Origin: Centroscyllium fabricii
Taxonomy: Eukaryota
Direction of reading: 5' to 3'
NCBI GenBank assembly: GCA_051313645.2
Contig: JBNRSN020000021.1
Span: 15,500,001 to 15,564,000 of the forward strand
DNA: 64,000 nucleotides
Under the pieces are notes generated by a model, which was not told the DNA's origin, did not search any database, and saw only the letters and a program-made list of their open reading frames with translations. Shown here piece after piece: positions 21,490 to 34,816 of the stretch. The position numbers were made by a program, and so were the translations under genes. Position 1 is the first letter of the stretch. Every line of letters begins with the position of its first letter.

Positions 21490-24400
21490 TGTAGCGGCAC
21501 ACCCGCTGGGATTACGAATCCGCCAACGGGGCTCCGCGGAGCGCGGCTCGCTCAACCACGTGATGCGGTTGCGTCACCACGTCGGTGGACGTGATGACGT
21601 CACCAACGGCGGGACAGTTTAAATATGTTGATACCTCGTGGTTCTGCCTCTTCCATGTTGTGAATCTCTAGAGTAAAGTTGTGTTTTCCTTTAGCTCTGT
21701 CTCTGTGCATTCTTTAAGTACTCGCAGCTCCACAGTGGTGACCCCGACAACTGGAACGACTTCCAGTCCAGTGAAGAAAAGCTGCTGCAGTATTTGAGGA
21801 TCGCAGCCAAGGACTTTAAAAAAAATATGTCCAACGCAAGGAACCAAGCCCCACGATCACAGGGGGCTGGACGGAACACCGGGCGCGGACTTGTTTTGCC
21901 CGAGTTCTGGGAGCAACGGCCAGCGGCCTGGTTTAGCTGCATAGAAGCCAGCTGCCGTTCAAATGGCGTCAACGGGGACGACCGCTACGACTTGGTCTTC
22001 ACAGCTCTGCCCCAAACGACCGTCGATAGGATGTGGTCAACGATCCAGCGCGTGCCCTCCGTAGGCAGGTACGAAACACTTAAGGCCGCGCTGATTAAGA
22101 AGTTTACCCCTTCCCAGTTCGAGCGCGACTGCCAGCTCCTCGACCTCCCCGAGCTCGGGGACACCGACCCATCGGACCTACTAGGTCAGATGCAGGCGCT
22201 CACTCCCAACCCTGCCACCCTATTTCGCACGGTTTTCCTCCTCAAATTGCCCCGCGCAATCAGACCTGCCCTGGCAGCCCTAGCCCACCTTAGCGACGAC
22301 GAACTCGGCGAGGAAGCTGACAGGCTTATGGCGGCGCAGCGCACCAGCTCTACCACGTGCGCCCCCAACTCAGCATCGGTAGAGCACAACTATTCGCCCC
22401 CTGGGCACAATTTTATGCCCGAACCCAAGGCCCCACGCCCGCCCAGACAACCGCGCCCCTCTAGCACCGGCTGGTGCTACTATCACACGCGGTTTGAACA
22501 CAAAGCGCACCGCTGCGTCCAGCCGTGCACGTTTAAACCTAACTCAGCCTCCACCATGTCGGTAGGCCACACAGGAGCACTCCTCTTCGCCACCGACAGC
22601 GGCACCGGCCTCAGGTTCCTCTGCGACACAGGCGCGCAGCACAGCATCGTGCCAGCCTCCCCCGCAGAAACCAAACGAGGCACCCGCGGCCCGCCACTAG
22701 CGGCAGCCAACGGGTCCAGCATTAAAACGTACGGCACACGCGAGCTGACTATTACCCTTGCAGGCCACACGTACACCTGGGAGTTTGTAACGGCCCAGGT
22801 CACCTCTCCCCTCCTCGGGGCAGATTTCCTCTGCGCCAACGGCCTACTGGTCGATGTAACCCGGCGCCGCCTGGTGAATCTCAGCACCATGACGACCATT
22901 CCATGTTCCACAGGGCGCGCACTCCTGACCCACGCGGCAGCCCAATGCCGCTCCAAGGACCGCGATGCCTACGGCACACTCCTGGCGGAATTTCCCGCCC
23001 TTACCAACCCCACGTTCACCGCCCGTAAGGCCAAACACGGGGTAGAGCACTACATAACCACCACAGGCCCGCCCGTCCATGCACGCGCCCGTAGGCTCGA
23101 CCCAGCTAAGCTGGAGATCGCCATCACCGAGTTCCGCACCATGGAACAACTCGGTATTATCCGCCGCTCCAACAGCCCCTGGTCCTCCCCGCTCCACATA
23201 GCCCCCAAGCCCGACGGAGGTTGGCGCCCCTGCGGCGACTATCGCCGCCTCAACAACGCCACCACCCCGGATAGGTACCCCGTACCCCACATCCAGGACT
23301 TTTCCGCCAGACTGGCAGGGCGCACGATCTTTTCTAAGATCGACCTGGTGCGTGGCTACCACCAGGTACCCGTGCACTCGGCGGACATTCCCAAAACGGC
23401 CGTGATCACCCCCTTCGGGCTTTTTGAATTTATGAGGATGCCCTTCGGCCTTAAAAACGCGGCCCAGGCCTTCCAGCGCCTCATGGACTCAGTCCTACGG
23501 GACTTGAGGTTCATCTTCGTCTATTTGGACGACATCCTCGTGGCCAGCTCGTCCCCTCAGGAACACCTCCTACATCTCAGGACCCTGTTCCAGCGCCTTA
23601 CCGAACACGGCCTTATATTAAGCCCCACCAAATGCAGGTTTGGCCTCGAGACCATCGACTTCCTCGGCCACCGCATTTCCCAGGCAGGAGCCATACCTCT
23701 GCCCTCTAAAGCGCAGGCGGTGCAAGAATTCCCTCGCCCGCACTCCATTAAGGGACTACAGGAATTCCTGGGCATGGTCAATTTCTATAACCGATTTATC
23801 CCGGGAGCAGCCGCCCTCATGGCCCCCTTATACCAGGCCACCCGCGGGCAGCCCAACAAGGCTGCGGTCGAGTGGACGGCCGACGCCGCCACCGCCTTCA
23901 CCGCAACCAAAACCGCCCTGGCAAACGCCACCCTCCTAGCCCACCCTAGGCCCAACGCCAGAGTAGCCCTCACCACCGACGCCTCCGACCACGCGGTCGG
24001 GGCCGTATTTGAGCAGTGGACCGGCAACTCGTGGCAACCCCTGGCCTTTTTCAGCCGGCAACTCCGGCCCCCAGAGGTTAAATACAGCGCCTTTGATAGG
24101 GAGCTTCTGGCTCTCCATCTGGCGGTGCGACATTTTCGGTTCCTCCTGGAGGGCCGACACTTTACAGCCTTCACCGACCACAAGCCACTCACGTTCGCGA
24201 TGGCTAAGCTAGCGGATCCCTGGTCAGCCAGGCAGCAGCGCCAACTCACGGCCGTGTCGGAATTCACAACCGACATTCAGCACATTTCCGGCCGCGACAA
24301 TGTAGTCGCTGACTGCCTCTCACGCCCCACCATCAACGCCGCCCAAATGGCAGTTGATTACGCCCAGCTGGCCGCCGACCAGCTGACCGACCCTGACCTA

Positions 24401-25936
24401 CTCAATGCAGCCACTAAACTCCCTGGCCTACGCTTGGCCAATGTCGCGCACGGTCCCGCTGCCACCGTCATCTGCTGCGACGTTTCCTTACCACAACCCA
24501 GGCCCGTCGTGCCCCTCGCGTGGAGGGAACGAATTTTTACGACCCTCCATGACCTGTCCCACCCCGGCGTCCGCGCGTCCATTAGACTCATATCGGCCCG
24601 GTTCGTATGGCGCGGCCTGCGCAAAGACGTCCGCGTCTGGGCCACCTCCTGCATAGCCTGCCAGCGCTCCAAGGTGCACAAGCACATCAAGGCACCGCTG
24701 CAAAATTTTAAAGTACCGGCCAGACGCTTTGACCACGTCCATATTGACCTCGTTGGGCCTCTACCAGCATCTCGCGGCCACACGCACCTACTGACCATGG
24801 TCGACCGCAACACCCGCTGGCCTGAAGCAGTTCCCCTCACTGCCACCAACACCACGGACCTAGCCAGGGCGTTCATCGCCACATGGATCGCCCGATTCGG
24901 CGTGCCTACGGACATCACCTCCGACAGAGGACCCCAGTTTACGTCGACGCTATGGGCGGCCATCGCTCGCGACCTCGGGGTGACGCTACACAGGACCACC
25001 GCATACCACCCACAGGCGAACGGCCTATGCGAACGGTTCCACCGCTCAATGAAGGCATCATTGCGGGCCACGCTAAAGGATGCTTCATGGACCGACCGCC
25101 TTCCATGGGTCCTCCTCGGGCTGCGCTCGGCAGTCAAAGAGGACCTCAACGCCTCAGCAGCAGAGCTCGTCTACGGCCAGGCTTTGACGGTTCCGGGCGA
25201 ATTTCTGGCTGAGGCCAACTCACCCTGGTCAGCAGACCAGTATTTAAAAGACTGGGCAAACCCGGCACGAGCCTTTCAGCCATTGCCAGTGGCCCGGCAT
25301 GGAGAGCCGGCAGCTCGGGTGCCAGAGGACATTAAAAATGCCAAATGGGTATTTATCAGACGAGACGGGCATCGAGCCCCTTTACAGCCACCGTACGATG
25401 GCCCTTACAGAGTGCTTCGGGCGGGAGACAAGTTCTTCGAGTTACAAATGGGCAAAAGAACTGAGACAGTAACTATAGACCGGCTCAAGCCGGCACACGT
25501 GACAGCGGGCGAGACCACGGTCCCCGCGCAACCACCACAACGCGGTCGCCCTCCCGCACCTAAACCCGCCCACACTCCAACGCAGAACCGGCAACAACGA
25601 ACAACACGGTCCGGCCGCATCATCCGACCGCCCCAACGGCACACATAGACACGGCAATTTATTTCTCCCGGACGGATTCTGGGGGGAGCTGTGTAGCGGC
25701 ACACCCGCTGGGATTACGAATCCGCCAACGGGGCTCCGCGGAGCGCGGCTCGCTCAACCACGTGATGCGGTTGCGTCACCACGTCGGTGGACGTGATGAC
25801 GTCACCAACGGCGGGACAGTTTAAATATGTTGATACCTCGTGGTTCTGCCTCTTCCATGTTGTGAATCTCTAGAGTAAAGTTGTGTTTTCCTTTAGCTCT
25901 GTCTCTGTGCATTCTTTAAGTACTCGCAGCTCCACA
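21490..25936 (+). mobile_element. Intact CsRn1-clade Ty3/Gypsy LTR retrotransposon
   Basis: LTRs 21490-21734 and 25692-25936 (245 bp, identical by eye); 4-bp TSD GTCC; PBS TGGTGACCCCGAC 21736-21748 (complementary to the 3' end of tRNA-Trp); PPT at 25681-25688. Confidence 0.97.
21827..25648 (+). CDS. gag-pol: Gag-Pol polyprotein (Gag with CHCC motif, PR, RT, RNase H, integrase)
   Basis: Uninterrupted ORF from the ATG at 21827. [16 protein letters not shown]; LCDTGA; [21 protein letters not shown]; TDASD, DRELLA, TDH; HDLSHPG...CIAC; [24 protein letters not shown]; GPY motif. Confidence 0.97.
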   Translation: MSNARNQAPRSQGAGRNTGRGLVLPEFWEQRPAAWFSCIEASCRSNGVNGDDRYDLVFTALPQTTVDRMWSTIQRVPSVGRYETLKAALIKKFTPSQFERDCQLLDLPELGDTDPSDLLGQMQALTPNPATLFRTVFLLKLPRAIRPALAALAHLSDDELGEEADRLMAAQRTSSTTCAPNSASVEHNYSPPGHNFMPEPKAPRPPRQPRPSSTGWCYYHTRFEHKAHRCVQPCTFKPNSASTMSVGHTGALLFATDSGTGLRFLCDTGAQHSIVPASPAETKRGTRGPPLAAANGSSIKTYGTRELTITLAGHTYTWEFVTAQVTSPLLGADFLCANGLLVDVTRRRLVNLSTMTTIPCSTGRALLTHAAAQCRSKDRDAYGTLLAEFPALTNPTFTARKAKHGVEHYITTTGPPVHARARRLDPAKLEIAITEFRTMEQLGIIRRSNSPWSSPLHIAPKPDGGWRPCGDYRRLNNATTPDRYPVPHIQDFSARLAGRTIFSKIDLVRGYHQVPVHSADIPKTAVITPFGLFEFMRMPFGLKNAAQAFQRLMDSVLRDLRFIFVYLDDILVASSSPQEHLLHLRTLFQRLTEHGLILSPTKCRFGLETIDFLGHRISQAGAIPLPSKAQAVQEFPRPHSIKGLQEFLGMVNFYNRFIPGAAALMAPLYQATRGQPNKAAVEWTADAATAFTATKTALANATLLAHPRPNARVALTTDASDHAVGAVFEQWTGNSWQPLAFFSRQLRPPEVKYSAFDRELLALHLAVRHFRFLLEGRHFTAFTDHKPLTFAMAKLADPWSARQQRQLTAVSEFTTDIQHISGRDNVVADCLSRPTINAAQMAVDYAQLAADQLTDPDLLNAATKLPGLRLANVAHGPAATVICCDVSLPQPRPVVPLAWRERIFTTLHDLSHPGVRASIRLISARFVWRGLRKDVRVWATSCIACQRSKVHKHIKAPLQNFKVPARRFDHVHIDLVGPLPASRGHTHLLTMVDRNTRWPEAVPLTATNTTDLARAFIATWIARFGVPTDITSDRGPQFTSTLWAAIARDLGVTLHRTTAYHPQANGLCERFHRSMKASLRATLKDASWTDRLPWVLLGLRSAVKEDLNASAAELVYGQALTVPGEFLAEANSPWSADQYLKDWANPARAFQPLPVARHGEPAARVPEDIKNAKWVFIRRDGHRAPLQPPYDGPYRVLRAGDKFFELQMGKRTETVTIDRLKPAHVTAGETTVPAQPPQRGRPPAPKPAHTPTQNRQQRTTRSGRIIRPPQRHT

Positions 25937-28136
25937 GTCCCATCAGCCTGCTCTCAATCATCAGCAAAGTGATGGAAGGTGTCGTCGACAGTGCTATCAA
26001 GTGGCACTTACTCAGCAATAACCTGCTAACTGATGTCCAGTTTGGGTTCCACCAGGGCCACTCAGCTCCTGACCTCATTACAGCCTTGGTCCAAACATGG
26101 ACAAAATAGCTAAACTCAAGAGGTGAGGTGAGAGTGACTGCCCTTGACATCAAGGCAGCATTTGATTGAGTGTGGCATCAAGGAGCCCTAGTAAAACTGA
26201 AGTCAATGAGAATCAAGGGGAAAACTCTCCATTGGTTGGAATCAAACCTAGGCCAAAGGAAGTTGGCTGTGGTTGTTGGAGGTCATTCATCTCAACCACA
26301 GGACATCACTGCAGGAGTTCCTCAGGGCAGTGTCTTAGGCCCAACCATCTTCAGCTGTTTCATCAATGACCTTCCCTCAATCATAAGGTCAGAAGTGGGG
26401 ATGTTCGCTGATGATTGCACACTGTTCAGCACCATTCCAGACTCGGCAGATACTGACGCAGTCCGTGTGCATATGCAGCTAGACCTGGACAACATTCAGA
26501 CTTGGGCTGACAAGTGGCAAGTAACATTCGCACCACACAAGTGCCAGGCAATGACCATCTCCAACAAACGAGACTCTAACCATCTCCCCTTGACATTCAA
26601 TGGCATTATCATCGCTGAATCCCCCACTATCAACATCCTGGGGGTTACCATTGATCAGAAACTGAACTGGACAAGCCATATAAATACTGTGGCTACAAGA
26701 GCAGGCCAGAGGCTGGGAATACTGTGGCGAGTGTCTCACCTCCTGACTCCCCAAAGCCTTTCCACTATCTACAAGGCACACGTCAGGAGTGTGATGGAAT
26801 ACTCTCCACTTGCCTGGATGAGTGCAGCTCCAACAACACTCAAGAAGCTCGACACCATTCAGGATAAAGCAGGCCGCTTGATTGGCACTCCATCCACCAC
26901 CTTCAACATTCACTCCCTCCACCACCGGCTCACTGTGGCTGCAGTGTGTACCATCTACAAGATGCACTGCAGCAACTCGCCAAAGCTCCTTCAACAGCAT
27001 ATTCCAAACCTGCAACCTCTACCACTAAGAGGGACAAGGGCAGCAGACGCATGGGAACAGCACCACGTACAAGTTCCCCTCCAAGTCACACACCATCCTG
27101 ACTTGGACCTGTATCACCGCTCCTTCACTGTCGCTGGGCCAAAATCCTGGAACTCCCTTCCTAACAACATTGTGGGTGTACCTACACCACACGGACTGCA
27201 GCGGTTCAAGAAGGCGGCTCACCACCATCTTCTCATGGGCAATTAGGGATGGGCACTAAATGTAGGACTAGCCAGCCAACGACTGGCCTACTCCTGCTTC
27301 CTATCTTATATGTTTCTATGTTTCTATGTTTCTCTGGGTTTGAACTGAGTGCGGAACCCAATTCTACCTGCCCAAATAAGTTGACTGACTCAGGCAGGTG
27401 ATCAGGCAAGGCATTTCATCATTCTTATGCAATAGCTGGAGTTGCTTTTCAGGCAATTTACTCGTCACAGAATAGTAGACCCAGCTTAACAGGATATCGA
27501 CGTTCTCAAGTCTTGGGCTTGCCATTCAGCTCGGGGCCTTGGCGTTCCTGCATTACATTGGTAATAAATATGTCTCTTCTCTAAGACAGAAAGAGACAGA
27601 GCCAGAGAGAAAGACCGAGCACTTACAAGCTACAATCTTTTTTTTAATATCCCTTTAAAGTCTCCTGCTGTTTAAAGTAGAAGAGTTGCTATTTCTTTGC
27701 TTTCAGTATTATAGAACGCTTTATCTTCTCCCAGTCACATGCCGAGTTGGCCCTGGAGATGATAATAGATACTTTACTACCCATCAAGACAGATTTATTT
27801 CTAATTCCCTCTCCCCATTACACTTGCGCTCCCTAGTCCTTTTTTCTTGCTCGGCCATTAACAAAAAATAACACAATTATCCCTGAAGATAGAATCAACA
27901 GTTGGGTTATTCATTTTAAATCAGTACATTTTGCAAATTTACACTTCCCAAAAATATTAAAATCAAGGCTGCTACCCTGGATTTTAACATTTTAGGGTAG
28001 TGTAAATTTTCCCCTGCTAACTTATAGTTTATTTTAGCAACTAAAAAAATGATGAAAGATTCTAATTTCTAAGTTTTCACAATTTGTGCCTATTTATGTT
28101 GTGGATAAACTTGGTTAGATCAGAATCTGTATCAGT

Positions 28137-29040
28137 GGGGGGAATTTTTTAAAAGGTGGGGGAAGCTGTCGGGTTTTGGGCGGGTCAGCTTTCTGTCCCG
28201 CCCGCCCAAGGACCTGGGAGGCCCGAGCGATTTTGGCTCAAGTGGCCAATTAAATCCCCGCCGGTCTGCTGGGCTTCCAATACACACTATTGGGTGGGAT
28301 CGCAGCCCTTTCCATTCACAGTTTGAGTGGGGTGGGCTGTTGATTGACAGGCCTGAATAGTCTGAGTAGTAAGAAACCACTAAGCTTGATTGACAGTGCT
28401 CAAGTGGTTCCTTTGTTTCCATGTTGACACAGCCTTTGAAATGTCAGAGTCTGAAAGGGAACACTAAAACCACAAAAAAAACAGTTGAAGTGAGTCACTG
28501 TTTGTTTGTGATTTCAATGGAATGTAAAGAGAAACTGATCCCCTGGGTGATTGACAGCTTGGCTCACAGACAGCGCAGCATGCCAATCTCTATATTAATA
28601 GAAGGAATTTAAAGGTGTGATTTCTATGTTTTGGGGCTCTGAAGTTTTTCACCCTTGGGTGGCAGCTGCACCTACAGCATGGTGGAGGCTAGCAAGCTGC
28701 TGTGTGGGTGCTGTGCCCATGCCTTGAAGGTGGCAGACACCCAGCCGACTGGGTGCCCACCACCTTTCACCAGCGGTGTTCCCACCAGGTGGGTTTTGGG
28801 TGGGAAGAGGGCTAAAATAGCTGAGGGCCCTTAAAATAAGATTACCCATCCAATTAAGGGCCCTCAATGAGTTCATTCTGCATCCCCGCTGGCGAGAAAC
28901 ATTCGGGGCGGCAAAACCCGCCTGACGAAAATCGCAAATGGGCGGGAATCCGGCGAGGTTGATTCCCGCCCGCCGGCATTGCGATTTTACCCCCCTCCCC
29001 GCCGGAAAACCACACTCACGGTCCTCTGAAAATCCCCCCC
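28137..29040. mobile_element. Non-autonomous DNA transposon, PIF/Harbinger-like termini
   Basis: Termini GGGGGGAATTTT...AAAATCCCCCCC with AGT/AAT flanks. The left end is homologous to 1-235. Confidence 0.55.
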
Positions 29041-29149
29041 AATGTGTCTACAGGAAAGTGCAATTTTAATAAAAGCATAAATCTGTAACTGGATCTCCCA
29101 TTAGATCATTGGATAAACTAACTGCCTTTTTTAAAATTCGTTTTTATTT

Positions 29150-29685
29150 GATGTGGACATCGCTGGCAAGGCCAGCATTTAATGTCCACCCTTAATTGCC
29201 CCTGAGAACGTGGTGGTGAGCCACCTTCTTGAAACACTGCAGTCCGTGTGGTGAAGGTGCTCCACAGCACTGTTAGGGAGTGAGTTCCAGGATTTTGACC
29301 CAGCGACGATGAAGGATCGGCGATATACTTCCATATCAGGATGGTGGGTGACTTGGTGGGGAACCTGGAGGTGGCGGTGTTCCCTTGCCCCTGGTAGTAA
29401 TAACAAGCTATACAGATCAGGAGAACCAGAGGAAACATGAGGGAAAGCTTTTTTACACAACGACTGGTTATGATTTGGAACGTGCTACCTGATAGGGTGG
29501 TGGATACAGATTTAATAGTAGGCTTTAAAAGGAAATTGGATAAATATCTGAAGGAGGAAAAAACTTGCAGGGATATGGGGAAAGAGTGGGACTAACTGGA
29601 TTGCTCTTCGAAAGAGTCGGCGCGGACTCAATGGGTCGAATGGCCTCTTTTTGTGCCATACTATTCTCTGATTCTCTGATTCTCG
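29150..29685. mobile_element. Back-to-back LINE 3' fragments: CR1/L2-type tail (-, 29150-29392) and CR1 tail (+, 29400-29685)
   Basis: Minus-strand peptide HHPD..YRRSFIVAGSKSWNSLPNS matches 27090-27240. The plus part encodes F.QRLV..WN.LP and ends in (ATTCTCTG)n. Confidence 0.7.
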
Positions 29686-30235
29686 GAGGGTCAGAAGTTG
29701 AATCTCAGCCTGTGGTGAGTTAGCCGAGCTCGGCTGGAGCGGCACGTTGAGCTCTGTCATTGGGCCTCTAAGCTCTCGTGCTGGAGGATGGGATAAATCA
29801 ACCAGTGTTCCCATCCCCCTCCCTGATCCAGTGAGCCCCAAGTGTGTGTGGACAGTACACGATCGGGCTCAGCTGTGACATTACACGTGACCAAATAGCC
29901 TGCAAATCTGCTGTGTAGGCACAAACCTGAATAACAGGCACTCGGTGAGGTCTTACTCAGTCAGTCTCGGGATGTGGGCGTCGCAGGCAAGGCCGACATT
30001 TATTGCCCGTCCTTAAGTTGCCGGCCACATCAGAGGCCAAATACCCTCCCCCAGCTATAATTAAATGTAAGAAATGATGCTTGTATTAAAAGATATTCAA
30101 TCCATTGTATCATTGAGTTCCTCTACGTTAATTTAGCTATTAATAAAATATGTGTTCGAATACCGCGCTGCACAATTTTCTTACCACGGCCAGTACTATT
30201 AGCTTATGAGCACTGTTATGATCTTCAAATCAGTA

Positions 30236-30683
30236 CAGGTTAAGCACCGTTAATCCTGCACGGGCGGGACCAGACCCGTTCCGGGAAAGTGAAAATCCCG
30301 AACGATTGAAGCTTCGGTGAGCGCATGCGCAGACCATTCAAAATGGCCACCGTGAAAGGCCGGTGGCCATTTTGAGTGATCTGCGTATGTGCTTATTGTT
30401 TGGGGCAGGCCCGGCCCGCGTTCGGCTCAGAGAGACTCGGGGAGGCCCGGCCCGCGATCGGCTCGGAGAGACTCGGCGAGGCCCGGCCCGCGATCGGCTT
30501 GGAGAGACTCGGGGAGGCCCGGCCCACGGAGACCATTGTGAATGATCTGCGCATGTGCAGATCTTTCGCCGAAGCATACAGCGCGGCGACCATTTTGCGC
30601 ATGCGCAGGGCAGTCGGGGCAATTTATACCGGACGACTGAAGCTGCCGGCTTTTCGGTTAACGGATTACCGGTGCTAAACCTA
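30236..30683. mobile_element. pogo/Tigger-like MITE with an internal 36-bp tandem repeat (about 3.5 copies, 30408-30530)
   Basis: TA-flanked TIRs CAGGTTAAGCACCGTTAATCC / GGATTACCGGTGCTAAACCTA. Confidence 0.75.
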
Positions 30684-31074
30684 TAATAGTACGGGCCATC
30701 AATTCTGCTTTTCAGTTGGAAACAATACATGCTAACTCTCCTAAAAGCCCCAGACTAGAGTTATGAACGTGCATTCCTTACAGTACATATGAATGTGTGG
30801 CACTGCCATTATATATTCAATTCAATTACCTTAATTGTAAAGTCTTAAACTCATTCCCATTGATCCTGAACTTCCCACTCATAGCAATTGAGAGCAGCAA
30901 AGCCTATAAGGAATGGTTAAGGATGAGAGTTGAAATGAACTCTGAACTCAAGGTGAACTGAAGTGAACGAGATCAGCCTGGGAATACCTGAACTTTGCCC
31001 AATTATTTTATACCAGATGCCCTACATCTTTTCCCATCTACTTTACAATTTATCATGAAGTATTCGGGTACAAT

Positions 31075-31823
31075 GGCCCAGAAATTGCAGTGGAGCCTTT
31101 GTGTGGGTGCAGAACCTGCTTAACGCACTTTAATTGCCCATATTCAGTTTTGCTTTTTTGCACTGAGAAATTCCCGTTAGCCCAGCCTGTCAGAGCTCCA
31201 TGCGAGATCTGAAGGGCGTAATTAGTGCGAAGTGGCTTTTGAGACCACGTGATTGGCAGGGAGCCAATCAGTGGAAGCAATTCTCCATTCAAAACTTCCA
31301 CAGAGAAATCTGTGCGAGTTTTGAATGGAGAGATTCTCAAAAGACATCTAAACACAAAAATAAAATTTTACAAACACCACATTTTTAAACATTACCCCAA
31401 CTAACACAAATAACCTATTTTAAAGAAAAAATAAAAATTTGCAGATTTTTTTTTTCACTTCCAACAGGTCTAAAAAAATACTTATCTGTCTTTAAAGTTA
31501 TCAACAATTAAAAACCTGAAAAAACAAAAATTTAAATTAATAAAATACACACTTACCAGATGAAAACGGGTGTTAACGACTGCTTTTTTCCAGCGTTGAA
31601 TTCTCTTCTCTTGGTCCGTAGAAAAAGTTTAAAAAAACATCGGAAAGTCTGGGCGCTCCCGTAGTTCGCAGCTTCCTGTGGTGGACCTCGCAGGAAGCAG
31701 GGACCCCCCGCTGGGCAGCACAGTAAGTCCCGAAGTGTGCGCTCTGGCTGCTTCCTACGGGTTTAAGCTCTGGTGCGCTCGCAGAGCTTAAACCCGATAA
31801 GCGCTGACTGGAATTTCTGGGCC
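31075..31823. mobile_element. Non-autonomous PIF/Harbinger(PHIS)-like transposon
   Basis: TIR GGCCCAGAAATT / AATTTCTGGGCC, 3-bp TSD AAT/AAT. Confidence 0.8.
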
Positions 31824-31871
31824 AATGTCATGAAAATGGGTTTATGTCATAATTTGAGGCTGCCTTTATTT

Positions 31872-32190
31872 CATAGAATCATAGAATCATAAAATCCCTA
31901 CAGTGCAGATTGAGGCCATTTAGGCCCATCGAGCCTGCATATCCCACCCTATCTCCATAACCCCCACATATTTATTCCCCCTAACACTAAGGGTCAATTT
32001 ATCATGGCCAATCAACCTAACCCGCACATCTTTGGACTGTGGGAGGAAACCGGAGCACCCGGAGGAAACCCACGCAGACACGGGGAGAATGTGCAAACTC
32101 CACACAGATAGTCACCCAAGGCCGGATTTGAACCTGAGCCCCTAGCGCTGTGAGGCAACAGTGCTAACCACTATGCCACCGTGCCGCCCA
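31872..32190 (-). mobile_element. HE1-like V-SINE with an alternative CR1-type tail
   Basis: Standard head and V-domain, shorter body, ending in (ATGATTCT)n. Confidence 0.85.
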
Positions 32191-32702
32191 TTTATTGAAG
32201 ACGTGTTGAATCTTGTAAGCTCATTACAGTTCCAGACTTAATAAACCTATCCATGGAAAACATTGAAAGTACAGATTTTTAGGTTTACAAAATTCAGCGT
32301 GTGGTTGTCTAAAAGATGCCATATATATCATTACTAATAATATTAGCAACATCCGCCAATGCAATTCAATATCTGCTTTTCTCTAAAAACCAATGCAAAA
32401 TGGTTTATGTTCTATTTCCAGTACACCATTAATATATTATCTCTTAATGGTGTATTGACAAATGTGGTAATTTAGTTTAGGATCGTTGTTAATAGTGGGC
32501 CCCAGTGTACAATGTATTTTGAAATGTGCCTGAATGTTATTAGGTACTTGAGTAAATACTGTTGATTCCTATTAACAGATAATAGGGTTTTGCGGGAAAA
32601 AAACACTTTTGCTTTTAAGATGAATTGCTATTATCATGAATTGAACTTATACACTTCTGTTAATGATTCAGAACCATGTACGCAGTGTGGTAAAATTCCT
32701 TC

Positions 32703-33832
32703 AAAACATAAGAACATAAGAACATAAGAAATAGGAGCAGGAGTAGGCCAATCGGCCCCTGGAGCCTGCTCCGCCATTCAACAAGATCATGGCTGATCTG
32801 ATCCTAACCTCTATTTTATTTTTACTCTCCACCCCGCCCAGACCAATGTGATCACCTGGGAGAGACGAAAAACCAGATAAAAAAAACCAGTAGCCAATTT
32901 GGGAGAAAAAAATCAGGAAAATTCCTCTCCGACCCATCTAGGTGATCGAAAACTGGTCCAGGAGATCACATGGCCGATCTGAACCTATCCTCACGTCCAC
33001 TTACCAGCCCGTTCACCATAACCCCTAATTCCCTTTAATTCCAGGAAACTGTCTATCTCAGTTTTAAATTTATTCAACGTAGTAGCTTCTACAGCTCTCT
33101 GGGGCAGCAAATTCCACAGCCGCACTACCCTCTGAGTAAAGAAGTTCCCCCTCATCTCAGTTTTGAAATGGCAACCCCTTATTTTAAGATTATGCCCCCT
33201 AGTCCTAGTCTCACCCACCATTGGGAACATCCTCACCGCATCCACCCGATCAAGCCCTCTCACAATCTTATATATTTCAATAAGATCGCCTCTCATTCTT
33301 CTGAACTCCAATGAGTAGAGGCCCAATCTACTCAGCCTCTCGTCATATGTTAGCCCCCTCATCCCCGGAATTAACCTAGTGAACCTTCTCTGCACTGCCT
33401 CGAGAGCAAGTATGTCCTTTCTTAAATAGGGACACCAGAACTGCATGCAGTATTCCAGGTTTGGTCTCACCAATACCCTGTATAACTGCAGCACGACCTC
33501 CCTGCTTTTATACTCAATCCCCTTAGCAATAAAAGCCAACATTCCGTTGGCCTTCCTGACCACCTGCTGCACCTGCATATTAACTTTGTGTTTCCTGCAC
33601 CAGGACCCCCAGATCCCTTTGCACTGAATACTTTCCAGTTTCTTTCCATTTAGATTATAACTCGCTCTATTATTTTTCATGCCAAAGTGCATAACTTCAC
33701 ACTTTCCAGCATTATACTCCATCTGCCAAATCTCTGCCCACTCACTTAGCCTGTCTATGTCCTTTTGCAGGTTTTTAATGTCCTCCTCATTCATCACCCT
33801 CCCTCCCATTTTTGTGTCATCCGCAAACTTTG
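32703..33832 (-). mobile_element. CR1 LINE, 5'-truncated in RT, with a composite 3' end
   Basis: KFADDTKMGG...WQMEYNAGKCEVMHFG...LVRPNLEYC.QFW.P...RRMRGDLIE; (TTCTTATG)n tail. Confidence 0.9.
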
Positions 33833-33978
33833 ATTTGATATAAAACCATATGCTTTTAGCAAATTTAATCAAGCAACTGCCAGTTTCTCACAGAACAAAA
33901 GAGTGTGCCAGTACCTCAGATCATCATTTAAAAAAAAAAATCATTCTGGAGATGTGGGTGTCGCTGGCCAAAGCTCTT

Positions 33979-34803
33979 GGGCCAGAAATTCGGGTGCCTG
34001 GGAGTAGCTGCACCCGCACGGAGGGGGGCCCATGGATCGGAGCTTTCCGATACTGAGGGAGAAGAGGCCTCAGCATGGAATGCACAAAAGAATTACACCC
34101 AAAAATCCCGATGTTTTTGGGTGTGATTCTGTGCGTTCATCTGTGGGCAACTGGGCCTGGGGCTGCACGGGAAAAAAGGAGTCGTAACCTGTGCGTTGGT
34201 GAGAGCAGTGCGTTCCTAAACACAGATAATGGACTGTTTTACCTTTAATTTTAAGTTTTTTAAGTTTTTGGGACTAATGTGGCCAAATCGCTATCATTAA
34301 ATTTTGCTGTTAAAGTTTTTTTTTTTTAATTAAAAATCTAAATTTCAATTGCTATACCTATTCCAAATCGCTTATTTTTAAATTTAAAGTTCAGAAATTT
34401 TTAACTCTCCTTAATTTAAAAAACTAAGAGAAGAAATCGCTAAGACTTACCGACATTGAAAAGCTGCTCTGGCCGCGGTGCTCACTGCCGAGTCTGTGGG
34501 TGCAGCAGTGGGCGTGGTCCTAATAACGGCCTCACGTCCCTGCTCTCGAAGAAGTCCGACTGTGAAGCAGGGGGCGTTTTTTATTTAAATTGGGGATCTG
34601 TGGGTGGGGCATCACTGCTACGCACGCACGACGGCAGCACATATACCGCGCTCCTAGCGTGGCTGGACTGCCACGCAGCGCAGGAACAGGGCGGAGCCAA
34701 GAGGAAGGTCTGGACTTTAAAAAAGTGAGATGATGGTGCGGTGCTATAGCTGTCCGCTGGGTCCTTGCACCCGCACAAACCGGCACACTGGAATTTCTGG
34801 CCC
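33979..34803. mobile_element. Non-autonomous PIF/Harbinger(PHIS)-like transposon
   Basis: TIR GGGCCAGAAATTC / GAATTTCTGGCCC; colinear with 18324-19151. Confidence 0.75.
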
Positions 34804-34816
34804 GTTATTTATTGCT

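Larger units (their letters stand above)
21375..27280 (+). mobile_element. CR1/L2-superclade LINE (RT region and 3' end), split by the Gypsy element (21375-21489 + 25937-27280)
   Basis: The reading frame KSDPANYRP | ISLLSIISKVME continues across the insertion. Motifs DIKAAFD, GVPQGSVLGP, FADD; premature stops near 26108 and 26167. Confidence 0.85.

Noticed and set aside
24358-25149. 263-aa antisense ORF and other shadow ORFs in the Gypsy elements
   Set aside because: Expected from GC-rich codon usage on the sense strand; no independent motifs.
21490-25936. Endogenous retrovirus
   Set aside because: There is no env: the ORF ends ~40 bp before the 3' LTR, and the RT/IN motifs are Ty3/Gypsy type.
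26170-27246. Intact 358-aa RT gene
   Set aside because: Part of a 5'-truncated LINE with upstream stops and a Gypsy insertion.
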